Assembly (NCBI RefSeq): GCF_963921235.1
Contig: NC_086097.1
Coordinates: forward strand, 100,752,001-100,816,000
Direction: 5' to 3'
From: Mobula hypostoma
Lineage: Eukaryota
Length of the DNA: 64,000 nucleotides
The number at the start of each line of letters is the position of its first letter. The stretch's first letter is position 1. The notes beneath the pieces were generated by a model. That model saw only the letters and a list, made by a program, of their open reading frames with translations. It made no database searches and was not told where the DNA came from. The translations under genes and the position numbers were made by a program. Shown here piece after piece: positions 1 to 11,480 of the stretch.

Positions 1-909
1 GGGAGACAGAGAGAGAGTTATTTACCACCGATATGTTGCTTTTGAAAAGAGAGAGAGAGAGAGACGAAGATTAACGGTTGGACTGTCACTTTAAGGCATT
101 GGAAGTAACTTTGGATTTCTACTGAGTTGGAGTTGGAGACAGCACCGAGCAGCTCGAAAGTTGCTATGGTGACCGACAGGACATTATTGATGTTACTTCC
201 AAGGACTTGTTGCCTGCTTGGGCATTTCTTCACAGACAAAGGAAGGAGGGACTCTTTGAATGACAGGTGATGCTCAGCCTGGTGAAGTAAATGGGAGGTC
301 AGATGATACAGACCTTAGACACATGATCTGGACACTGAATGAGCAGTGTTGTGCCCGCAGAGAAAGTGGGTTTTGGAGGATCGATCTGTCTGATCGATCC
401 TCCAAAACCCACTTTCTCTGCGGGCACAACACTATTTCAACGGTGAAGAAGGGGTTGACTGGTGGGGAGTTGCCTATGTGTCCACCCTTGTCGGGGTGAT
501 AGCTCCACCACAGGAAAACCGGTCCCCCTGGTTAAAGTCACAGTCAGTGACTTGTAAAGGATTTCGGAGGATGATGAGAAGATCGACGGCAACAACTCAC
601 CTGAAGACTCAACTCACTCTCTCTCTCTCTCTCTCCATCACTACTCAACTAAATACCACAAACTGAACTTTACTCAACATCGTAAGACTGTATCTTTTTA
701 CCCCTAGACTTAAAGAAGCTTGGTTTTCAGACATATATATTCCACACTTACTTTTATATATAATCATTGCTAACCTGTTTGATTTATGTACGTTTATATT
801 ACTGTATTGCGTAGTTACTAATAAATATTAGTAGTTTATAGCAATACGAGACTCCAAAGTGGTTTCTATTTCTGCTGGTTTCTTTATCCCCGTCACAGGG
901 TACGTGACA
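1..909 (+). mobile_element. LTR of a Gypsy/ERV-type element, 5' part outside the window
   Basis: Ends ...GGGTACGTGACA at 909 with AATAAA at ~820. Shares 3' motifs (AACTGAAC, CCCCTAGACT, GACTCCAA..GTGGT...ATTTCTGCTGGTTT) with the TSD-flanked LTR at 37008-37924. Confidence 0.7.
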
Positions 910-929
910 AAAGATACAGTGAAAAGTTT

Positions 930-993
930 GACACACAAAATGCTGGAGGAACTCAGCAGGCCAGGCAGTATCTATGGAAAAGAATACAGTTGA
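930..993 (-). mobile_element. Fragment of Penelope-like terminal repeat
   Basis: ACACACAAAATGCTGGAGGAACTCAGCAGGCCAGGCAGTATCTATGG matches the termini of the PLE copies at 14068, 27430 and 42200-42290. Confidence 0.7.
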
Positions 994-2120
994 CTTGTTT
1001 TGTATACTGTTTATACAGATCAGACCATTACACAGTACATTGAGCTAGAATAAGGTACAACAAAAACAATGCAGATTACATGTAAAAGCCATCAAAAGAG
1101 TGTAGTAAAAATAAACGATAAAGTGCAAGATCGTAACAAAGTACGTTACCTGTGGAACCTTCATCAAGTTTGTAACATACTGTGCTGCTGCTACAAGAAA
1201 TTTTTTTCATGGTATATATACACCTATGACAACAAACTTGCACTTGAAATACACCACATCCACTGGTACCCCTTAGTTACTCTACTTCCTCAATCCATTC
1301 TCAAAGAAATCTAAAAAATTGGTCAAACACAATTTCACTTTCATAATTCATGTTAACTCAGCTCAACCATATTATTATTTTATAACTGACCTAATATCAT
1401 ATCCTTTATAAAAATATTCCAGCATTTTCCAACTAGTGACATCTGGATAACAATGAGGTGGGGGGCAGGTGGATTGCATTTTGGATTCCTTCCAAGCTTG
1501 AAGTGGAGAAATTTTGAACATACTGTAGTTTGCCAATTGTTACAGCTTAAAGCTGATCACAGATGTTTTCTTAAACAGCTAAATACATTTCATTTGCTCT
1601 TGCCAGAAGCAGCATTTTGAGTCAGCACAAGATTCAATGAGGATTGAAAGCTTCCACATGACTGCACTCACAATACTTTGTCCATGTTCTAAGTGTGAAA
1701 GATGGAGAGTTAAAAACAACCACAAGACAGAAAAATGAAGTGATTTCAGTCTGAACCAACAATTTGATATTGCCATGCGCAATGATGGCTAATAGTCTGA
1801 GGAGATCTCCAGGAATATTAAGTAAGTAGAAGCAAGGAGATGATAATGGCCTAACTGAAGGATGGAAACTCTGGAAACGATTGACTGTAGGCTGGAACTG
1901 CCCTACATGGAGTCAGGGACAATATTTCCTCAACTTCACAAAGCAGCAGTAATGAATTTGGAACTTTGCTTATTTGTGAAGATTTAAGGTCTCAGGTCTA
2001 CAGTAACAAGAGTTAACTAGAGGCCTAGATTAAGGCAGAATAGCACTTTAGTGAAGAGCTTTGATAATCAGACCCACATAGAGAGTGAGGTCCATGCTCC
2101 CTGTACCTGATTGGCCTAGC

Positions 2121-3150
2121 TGTCATAAGGAGGTAGCTGGGAACAGGCCCAAGTGCAAGAAACAGAAACTGAAGTACTAGGGACAGGACCAGGATACAGG
2201 GTGAGGGCAAGGACATGGACACGAAAACCGGGAACCCGGAACAGGACTGGACAAGAGAGCTAGGAACCCAGGCTTGGACTCTGAGCCAGAGACTGGACTA
2301 GGACCCAGAACCTGGGTCTTGCTTCTGGCTCAGACCCCAGAACAAGGCAAGGACGTGACTTGGCTGGCAGGCAGGCCGAGGCTGGAGTCTTCAGACGAGG
2401 CGAGGCTGGAGACCAGAGGCTTGAGGTGAGGCTGGACACCAGAGGCTTGAGGCGAGGCTTGAGACTAGAGGCTTAAGGCTTGGGGTCTTGAAGCTTGGCT
2501 TGGGGTCTTAAAGCTTGGCTTGGGGTGAGGCTTGAGGTTTGGGGTCTTGAAGCTCCTCCTGGGCAGAGCGTGGTACTCCTGGGCAGGGCGCGGATCTCCA
2601 CCCAACGGAGGCAAGGAACAGGAAAGGACAGAAACAACCGCAGGGTAACGGCAATATGGCCTGGCTTACCCGACGGAGGCAAGGGACAGGAAGGGACAGA
2701 ACCAACCGCAGGGTAACGGCAAGACGGCCTGACTTACCGAGCGGAGGCAAGGGACAGGAAGAGAGCTAGGTACAGGGTGGCTCAAGGACAAGACCTCAGG
2801 CGAGGTGAGGCGAGGCGAGAGTTACCGGCGAGCCAAGGCAAGGCTTCAGGCAATGCAAGGCATGACAAGAACTCCAGGGGAGGCGAGGTGAGAGTTACCG
2901 GCAAGACAAGGTAAGGCTTCAGACAAGGAAACGGAAGGCAGGGGAAGGGATACAAGGAGTAAGGACAAGAACAATCCAGCACCCACGCCCTGGTCTCTGG
3001 AGGTATTTATGTAGCCGGCCCCAACGAGAACCAGCTGCCTCAATTAGTGCTCAACAGGAACAGAAACAGGATAGACTGGAAAACCTGGAGCAAGGGTCGA
3101 TGGACTGGACCATGAACCAGAATGCGGACTTCACGGACTGGACCATGACA
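2121..3150 (-). mobile_element. Solo LTR (1030 bp) with internal tandem repeats
   Basis: Termini TGTCAT...ATGACA. Perfect 5-bp TSD CTAGC (2116-2120, 3151-3155). TATA-like CATAAATA on the minus strand at ~3003-3012. Confidence 0.85.
2375..2940. repeat. Tandem repeat arrays inside the solo LTR
   Basis: Roughly 25-bp units (GGCGAGGCTGGAGACCAGAGGCTTGA), 20-bp units (GGCTTGGGGTCTTGAAGCTT) and ~66-bp units (GGAGGCAAGGGACAGGAA...AACCGCAGGGTAACGGCAA). Confidence 0.85.
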
Positions 3151-4332
3151 CTAGCACCAATAACTAATGTGCTATACATTTGGTGAAGCAAGAAATGGAG
3201 GTGATATTGCAACAACTGATAGTCCAGAACAAAGATAAATAAAATGGGTCAGACTTGAACAGACAATTGATGTGGAATTATCTCATTGAAGGAGAGTAGG
3301 AAGGTGGGACTTGAAAATAAGATTTAACCTCTTATCAAACCTTGGAACTGCTGATTATAAGGGTACCCTAGGACCAATTTTGACAAGGAGAGACTCTGTG
3401 TCTGAAGCTTGGAGAACATCTGAGTTCAATCACACATGCTCTGACTGGTACCCAGCCATTGGTTGGCTGCAGTTTATTTTGGAATGGAAGCTGAAATACT
3501 GGCCATCAGCCACTCCATAAAGTTGAGTCTACCAATGTCCAATCAGGGAAGGATAAGGTCAAAATCCTGTCCAAGATTAATGGTGGAATCCTTCAATCTC
3601 TTTTTACTTTGGAACAGGCTTTCCAATGTTCCAATCTGTTTAGACAGCTCCAGCTAGACTGTACCCTGTAACACTGAACAGCTTGAAGACATGAAATAAA
3701 TGGGTCTTGCAGAATGCTCTGCAAGAGTGTGATGAATGTTAAATATGGGATTCATCTGATAAATATCATTGATTGCTGTGATGGAATATGATACATTGAG
3801 CAATGTCAAAGATTAGAACTATTGAAAAGTGATGGCACAGTAGCCCACAATTCAGCCCATCATGTCTGTGCTGGCTGTGAAAGAACTTCAGCTCTCACCT
3901 TCCAGCACCAGGATGCTAGTCTTACAGGGCACACTTCCAAGTAGGATTTAAGAATAATTAGGGTATCTACCTCAAATACCCTTTCTACCAAAGAGTTCCA
4001 GAATACCCAATAACCCCCAGGTGAACAAAAAGGCTTTATCTTCCCTCCAATCTTCTTCCAATTATTTTAAGTTTTTGCCCTCCAATTTTTGACCTCTCTA
4101 CTAATGGATATTGGTTTCCTTGTTTATTCTGTCTAGGTGCCTTTTCTTTTCACACATCTTAATTAATTTTCCCTTCAGTTTCCTTTATTCTTTCTGACCT
4201 TAGCCAATTTTAAACCATAGCTACAGTTTTTCAGTCTGTACTGCAATTAACGGTGCAGTTGGTTGGATGAGATTTGATGATACCTTCTGTTACCTTGAAC
4301 TTTTCGGGATTAATGACACAATGGACTCTGTT

Positions 4333-4538
4333 GATGCTGGAAATCTTGAGAATCACACATAAAATGCTGGAGGAATTTAGCAGGTCAAGCGGTATCTATG
4401 GAAGGGAATAAACAGTGTACGTTTCAGGCTGAGATCCTTACTCAGTACTCCCGAAGAAAGGTCTCGGGCCAAAGGTCGACTGTTTATTCTCCTCCATAGA
4501 CACTGCCTGACTTGCTGAGTTCCTGTAGATTTTTGTGT
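4333..4538. mobile_element. Degenerate inverted pair of PLE terminal repeats (palindrome)
   Basis: ACACATAAAATGCTGGAGGAATTTAGCAGGTCAAG...GGAATAAACAGT is mirrored by ACTGTTTATTCTCCTCCATAGACACTGCCTGACTTGCTGAGTTCC...TTTTGTGT. Confidence 0.75.
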
Positions 4539-4964
4539 TGGATTAATGCCCTTAGATCTTGTACTCCAGGTACTGGCTACTACAGCTAGCTCTCCCTCTG
4601 AAGTTCAGTAGCCTTCTGACCTTCAGCAGATCTCTCCTCTTCTCTATCCACTGCAGGTGAGGCCGCTAATCTACCTTCTAAAACCTATGATTCTTCTAGC
4701 AAACACAAACCAAAATAATGTCTATCCATTACAGGGTCACTCTAACTGGACCACATGTTGAAGCATAAGTTGCCAGCACTGGGTCGAATAACCTGATGCT
4801 AGCTACTCCAATATCCCCAATCTGTCGGCACACTTCTATGTCAACCTCCAATCACTTCAAGCCCGCCTTCCCAATGACCTTCATGATGCCAGTATCTCCA
4901 CCTCTCCTCCACAAGATCGAGCCTTCCAATATCCCTCCATAACATAGAAACTTGCAAGAGGAAG

Positions 4965-5606
4965 CCATCTGGCCCTTGAGGCCAAAGAATTGATTGGTGA
5001 CTTCAGAAAGAGTAAGATGAGGGAGCACAAAGAGGGATCAGAAGTGCAAAGAGTGAGCAATTTCAAGTTCCTGGGTGCCAATATCTCTGAGGATCTAACC
5101 TGAACCCAACATGTTGATGCAGCTATAAAGAAGGCATGACATTGGCTATATTTCATTAGGAGTTTGAGAAGATTTTGTATGTCACCAAAGACAGATGAAA
5201 ATTTCTACAGATGTACCGTGGAGACCATTCAAACCATCTGGTATGAGGGTGTCTACCGCATAGAATCGAAGTAAGCTGCAGAGAGTTGTAAACTTAGTCA
5301 GTTCTATCATGAGCACTAGCCTCCATAGTATCCAGGACATCTTTAAGAAGCGATATCTCAAGAAGGTGGTGTCCATCATTAAGGATCCCCATCACCTAGA
5401 TCATTCCTTGTTCTCTATGCTACCATCAGGAAGGAGGTACAGAAGCATTAAGGCACACATTCAGTGATTCAGGAACAGCTTCTTCCCCTCTGCCATCCGA
5501 TTTCTGAATGGACATTGAACCCATGAACACTACCTCACTACTTTTTAAAAATTTCTATTTTTGCAAATTTGACATATGCCGGTAATATTAAACTTGATTC
5601 TGATTT
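4965..5606 (+). mobile_element. Rex1/Babar-type non-LTR retrotransposon, 3' fragment
   Basis: Translates to decayed KELIGDFRK...FKFLG.NISEDL, ...LPSGRRYRS. The tail AAACTTGATTCTGATT is shared with other copies. Confidence 0.75.
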
Positions 5607-5764
5607 AGGCTTATTCCGGCACCAACCATGATCATGCAGATCAACCACTTCAGTACCCTGCTCCCACTTTCTCCCCATACACATTAAATTCCTCAGGCAT
5701 TAGAAGTCATATCTACCTCATTCTTTAGTAATGAATGCCTTGGCTTGTACTGCCCTCTGTGGTA

Positions 5765-6465
5765 GAGATTAGATTATGAGAACACTCAGTCCTCTTTTAT
5801 TGTCATTTAGAAATGCATACATGTATTAAGAAATGATACAATGTTTCTCCAGAGTGATCTCACAGAAAACAGGACAAACCAAAGACTAACACTGACAGAA
5901 CTACATAACTATAACATATAGTTACAGCAGTGCAAAGCAATACCATAATTTGATGAAGAACAAACTATGGGCACAGTAAAGAAAGTCTCAAAGTCCCCAA
6001 GTCGATCGACTCCCGAATCCCCGATAGTAGGCGGCAAAAGGGAGAAACTCCCTGCCATAAACCTCTAGGCATCGTCAACTTGCCGATGCCTTGGAAGCAG
6101 CCGACCACAGCCGACACTGAGTCTGTCCGTCCATCCGAAAACTTCGAGCTTCCAACTAGCCCCTCCGATACAGCCTCCCGAGCACCATTCTCTGCTGAGC
6201 GCCTTCGACCTCGTCCCAGCCGCTGAAACAAGCAAAGCCAAGGATTCGGGGCCATCTGCTCTGGAGATTCTGGTTACCACACAGTAGCAGCGGCAGCGAA
6301 GCAGGCATTTCAGAAGTTTTCCAGATGTCCCTCCATACTCCCACATCCGTCTCCATCAAATCAGAATTGTGCACGGTCCCCTACTTGACAGATTACAGAT
6401 ATCATTCACCAGAGAGGCCGCGCACGCTGCCGTCGCGCCGCCATCGCGCCGCCATCTTCTCCTCC
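5765..6465 (-). mobile_element. Non-autonomous retroposon, GC-rich 5' end, (TAATC)n tail
   Basis: Minus strand starts GGAGGAGAAGATGGCGGCGCG and ends AATAAAAGAGGACTGAGTGTTCTCATAATCTAATCT. CpG-rich relative to the flanks, with no convincing ORF. Confidence 0.6.
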
Positions 6466-6475
6466 TTGACCACGT

Positions 6476-6553
6476 CAGGAGTTCCCAACCTGGGGTCCAT
6501 GGACCACTTGGTTAATGGTAGGAGTCCACGGCATTAAAAAGCGTGGGACCCTG
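6476..6553. mobile_element. 78-bp hAT (Charlie/MER5-like) MITE
   Basis: Termini CAGGAGTTCCCAACCT...GTGGGACCCTG. 8-bp TSD GACCACGT/GACCAAGT (6468-6475, 6554-6561; one mismatch). Confidence 0.75.
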
Positions 6554-6599
6554 GACCAAGTTCAAAGCCCTCTGAGTGAAGGTACTAACAGTATGGCCT

Positions 6600-6940
6600 A
6601 ACAGAGCTTACTGACTGGGATACTTCACCACCTGGTGTAGTGGCTCCAATGCGCGGGTTTGCAAGAAGTTGCAGTGAGTTGTAGACTTACCCAGCTTAAT
6701 GTCAGGCACAACCCTCCCAACCATCGATCACATCCTCAAGATTCAGTGCCGTCAAAATCATCAAAGACCCTCAATATCTGGGACATACCATCTTTTCATT
6801 ACTACTATTGGGGAGGAGGAACAGGAGCCTGAAGATCCACAATCAGTGATTCAGAAATATCTGTTTCTCTCCACCATCAGATTTCTGATCAGGCCATAAA
6901 GACTACCTTGCTAGTCTTTTTTTTGCACTATTTTTGTAAC
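6600..6940 (+). mobile_element. Rex1/Babar-type 3' fragment (old)
   Basis: Decayed KKLQ.VV...GTTLPTI...IIKD motifs, similar to 4965-5606. Confidence 0.55.
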
Positions 6941-6944
6941 CTCT

Positions 6945-9900
6945 ACTGGACCCTCTCCAATGCCTTATAAAGATTCAGCATCACATCCTTCCTGTTATAT
7001 TTGAGTCCTTTCAAAATGAATGCTGATATTGCATTTGCCTTCTTTACCACCGACTCAATCTGCAAGTTCACCTTTAGGGAATCCTGCACAAGAACTACTA
7101 AGTCCCTTTACATCTCTGATTTTTGTATTTTCTCCCTGTATAGAAAATAGTCTATGTCTTTATTCCTTCTACCAATGTGCATGACCATATATTTCCTACA
7201 CTATATTCCATCTGCACTTCTTTGACCATTCTCCTAATCTGTCTATGTCCTTCTGAAGACTCCTTGCTTTCTCAACATTTCTAGTCCCCCCACCCACCTT
7301 CATATTGTCTGAAAACTTAGCCAAAGAGCTATCAATTCTGTCATCAAAATCATTGACATATAATGTGAAAAGAAGTGGTCCCAACATAGACCGCATGGAA
7401 CACCGATAATCATCGGCAGTTCACCAGAAATAGCACTCTTAATAATTCCCACTCTTTGCCTCCTATGACTCAGCCAATCTTCAGTCCATGCTGGTATCTT
7501 TCTTGTAATACCATGGGCTCTTATCTTGTTCAGCAGCCTCATGAGTGGCACCTTGTCAAAGGTCTCCTGAAAATCCAAATAAACATCATCTACTGATTCT
7601 CCTTTGAATATCCTGCCGGTTACTTCCTCAAAGAATTCCAACAGATTTGTCAGGCAAGATTTTCCCTTGAGGAAACCATGCTGACTTCAGCCTATTTTAC
7701 GAGGGGTGATTGATAAGTTTGTGGCCTAGGGTAGAAGGAGTCAACTTTAGAAAACCTGACACATTTATTTTTCCTACATTTACACACTTAGTCCAATGTG
7801 GAGCATACAGATCCCTTCTTAGTAGAGGTCGGTGTCTTGGTCCTCCAGAAGTGATCCACAGCAGGGATGATTGATGAGTTCGTGGCCTAAGATAGGAGAT
7901 GAGGAGGAACTTCAAACTTACTGCATTTTCTCTCAAAGAGTTGAACTGCACGTGCATGTAATGAGAGATGTATAATTTATCTCCTTCTACCTTAGGCCAT
8001 GAACCTATCAATCACCCCTGCTGTGGACCACCTGGAGGTCCAGCACACTCTCGTTACATGCACGTGCAGTTCAACTCTGAGTGATTATGCAGAAAGTTTG
8101 AAGTTAATAACTCATCTCCTTCAACCTTAGGCCACAAACTTATCAATCACCCCTGCTGTGGACCACTTCGACAAAGAAGGGATCCGTATGCTCCACGACT
8201 GCTGGACTAAGTGTGTACATGTAGGAGGGGACTATGTTGAAAAATAAATGTGCTAGATTTTCTAAAATTGACTCCTTCTACCTTAGGCCACAAACTTATC
8301 AATCACTCCTCATATCATGTGCCTTCAAGTATCCCAAAACCCTATCTTTCATGACGGACTCCAACATCTTCCCAATCACTGAATTCAGGCTAACTGGCCT
8401 ATAATTTCCTTTCTTCTGCCTCTCTTCCTTCTTAAAGAGTGGAGTGACATTATTTTCTGGTCCTCTGGAACCATTCCAGAGTTTAGTGATTCTTGAAAGA
8501 TGATTACTAATGTCCTTACAATCTCTTCAGCTACCCTTTCAGAACACTGTGGTGTAGTCCATCTGGTCCCGGTGACTTATCTACCTTCAGACCTTTCAGC
8601 TTCCCAAGCACCTTCTCCTTACATCTTCCCCCTGACACTCTTGAATTTCTGTCAAATTGCTAGGTATTTTCTACAGTGAAGATAGATGCAAAATACTTAT
8701 TAAGTTGGCCCTCAATTTCTTTGTCCTCCATTACTACTTTTCCAGTGGTTCAATACCCACTTTCGCCTCTCTTTTACTCTTTATATATCTGTAAAATTTT
8801 TGGTATCCTCTTATATTATTGGCTAGCTTATCTTCATATTTCATCTTTTCTCTCCTTATGGCTTTTGTAGTTGCCTTCTGTTGGTTTTTAAAGGCTTCCC
8901 AATCTTCTAACTTCCCTGTAATTTTTGCTATATTATATGCCCTCTCGTTTCATTTTATGCTGATTTGACTTCCCTTGGCAGACGCGGTTGCCGCATCCTC
9001 CCTTTAGAATACTTTTTTCCATCTTTGAGACATCTGAAGTGTCCCAGAAACTCCAGTCATTGCTGTTCCGCCGTCATCACTGCTAGTGTTCCTGCAACCA
9101 CCTTTGGCCAGTTCCCCTCTTGTAACTCTGTTATTCCTTTTACTCCACTGTAGTACTGGTACATCTGACTTTATCTTCCCCTTCTCAAACTGCAGGGTGA
9201 ATTCTATCATATTATGATCACCGTCTCCTCAGGGTTCCCTTACCTTAAGCTCCTTAATAAAACTCGGTTCATTACAAAAACTCCCCATCTGGAATTCCCT
9301 TTCCTTTAGTGGGCTCAACCACAAGTTGCTCTAAAAAGCCATCTTCTCGGCATTCTACAAATTCTGCCTCTTGGAATCAAGCACCAACCAGATTTTCCCA
9401 ATCTACCTGCAAATTGAAATCCCCCATGACTATTGTAACATCTCCCTTTTTACATACCTTTTCTATCTCTCATTGTAATTTGTATCCCACATGCTGGCTA
9501 TTGTATGGAACCCTGTATATAACTTCTATCAGAGTCTTTTTACCCTTGCAGTCTCTTAACTCTACCTGCAAAGATTCTACATTTTCCAATCCTATGTCAC
9601 CTCTTTCTGAACATTTGATTTCATTTTTGAACTACAGAACCACCCCATCCCCTCTGCCTTCCTGCCTGTCCTTTTGAAAAAAATGGGTATCCTTGGATGT
9701 TAAGCTCCTAACTATGATCTTCTTTCTGCTCTGACTCAGTGATGTCCACAATATCTACCTGCCAGTCTCTAACTGTGCTACAAGATCATCTACCTTATTC
9801 TGTATACTGCATGCATTCAAATATAACACTTTCAAGTCCTGTACAGTATTCATCACCCTTTTCGATTTTGCCCCCATACTACGCTTGAACTCATCCCACT

Positions 9901-10920
9901 GACTGCTAATTTACCCATTCATGCACTTGTCCTTCCTCAAAGTCTCACTACATACTGCATCTAATTGTAAATCAACTGCCCCAACCTCAGCCCAATCATC
10001 CCCTGTCAAATTAGTTTAAACCCTCCCTAACAGTTTTAGCAAACTGCTTGCAAGGATATTGATCCTCCTTGGGTTCAGGTGTAACCCGCTCTTTTTGTAG
10101 AGGTCATACCTTCCCCGGAAGAGATCTCAATGATCCAGAGATCTGAAGCTCTGCCCCCTGTACGAGTTCCTCAGCCGCTCATTGTGCTAACAACTACATG
10201 CTACCGGGAGTAATCTAGAGATTACTAGCTTGGAGGTTATGCTCTTCACTCTTCAGCCTCTTGCATAACACAGTGAGCAGGACCTCTTCCCCTTTCTACT
10301 TCGCTCATTGGTGCCACTATGCACTATGATCTCTGGCTGCTCACCCTTCCTCTTGACAATATTCTGCAGCTGCTCTGAGACATCCTTGACTCTACTACCT
10401 GGAAGAACAATACACCATCCTGGCATCTCTTTCATGGCCACAGAACTATCAGGTCTCCTACCACTATCACTCTACCTGACTTTACGCTTCCCTGTTGAGC
10501 CTCAGAGCCAGCAACCTGGCTGCTGCTGCCGTGCCCTGATAGGTTACTGCCTGCCCCTGCCCCTGCCCCTACCCCCATCCCTGCGGTATCCAAAGGGGTA
10601 TACCTGTTGCTGAGGGGAATGGCCACTGGGGAACTTTGCAGCGACTGCTTACTCCCCTTACTTCTCCTAGTAGTCACCCATCTAACTGTCTGGGGTCTGC
10701 ACTCTGGGTGTGACCACCTCGGTAAACGTCTCATCTATGAGATTTTCATCCTCCTAGATGGTCCTGAGTACATCCAGCTCCAGCTCCAGTTCCTAGACCT
10801 TGTCAGTCAGGAGATGAAGTTGGGTGCACTTCCTGCAGATGTAGTCATCAGGGAGATTATTAGGTACCCTGTAATCCCACATTTTACAGGAGGAGTGTTA
10901 ACTATCATCCTAACTACACT
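6945..10920 (-). mobile_element. CR1 LINE, long decayed copy with ORF1 (zinc finger plus SGNH esterase) and ORF2 (APE plus RT), interrupted by a MITE
   Basis: ORF1 motifs IPLSNRYTPLDT and LPGSRVKDVSEQLQNI..GEQPEIIVHSGTN. RT motifs FFEEVT..VYLDFQ..FDKVP and LGPLLFTLYVND..AKFSDN. Confidence 0.9.
7700..8312. mobile_element. Mariner-type MITE with TA TSD
   Basis: TIR CGAGGGGTGATTGATAAGTTTGTGGCCTAGGGTAGAAGGAGTCAA has its inverted copy ending at 8312. TA at 7698-7699 and 8313-8314. The CR1 sequence is continuous across the site. Confidence 0.9.
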
Positions 10921-11039
10921 TGTTATACTTTTGGCTCTAACTTCTTAAACTTAAGTTCTACAATCAACTAAACGATTCCAAACAACTCAGCACCCTTAGC
11001 CTATGTTTGTTCTTCACAAAGCCTGTAGAGCACGAAGTC

Positions 11040-11480
11040 CTCAGAATTTCCTTGTAAATTTTCTCCATACTCTTTCAATCTTATTGATATCTTTCCTGTA
11101 GGTAGGTGAACACAACTGCAGACAATGCTCCAAATTTGGCCTCACCAATGTCTTGTACAATTTCAACGTAACACCCCAACTGCTGTACTCAATGCTCTGA
11201 TTTATGAAGGCCAACATCCAAAAGCTCTCTTTGTGACCCTGTGACACCACCTTTAAGGAATTATGGGTCTGTATTCCCATGTATAGATCTTAAGTACAGA
11301 TCTTCATTCTAATGTAGTCTTCAGTGATCACTGTTCAAGTCCTATGCTGGTTTATCCTCCCAAAGTGAAACACCTCACATTTGACTGAATTAAATTCCAT
11401 CTGCTATTTTTCAGCTTATTTTTTCAACTAGTCCAGATCCTACTGCAAGCCTTTCTCACTGCCAACTACATCCCAATCTT
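11040..11480 (-). mobile_element. CR1 RT C-terminal fragment
   Basis: LYKTLVRPNLEHCLQLCSPTYRKDINKIERV. Confidence 0.85.

Noticed and set aside
2375..2940. CRISPR-like array or repetitive protein ORFs
   Set aside because: The units are contiguous with no unique spacers and lie inside a TSD-flanked LTR. The ORFs are by-products of GC-rich repeats, and the context is eukaryotic.
10308..10948. Plus-strand hydrophobic ORFs
   Set aside because: Antisense shadows of CR1 ORF1.
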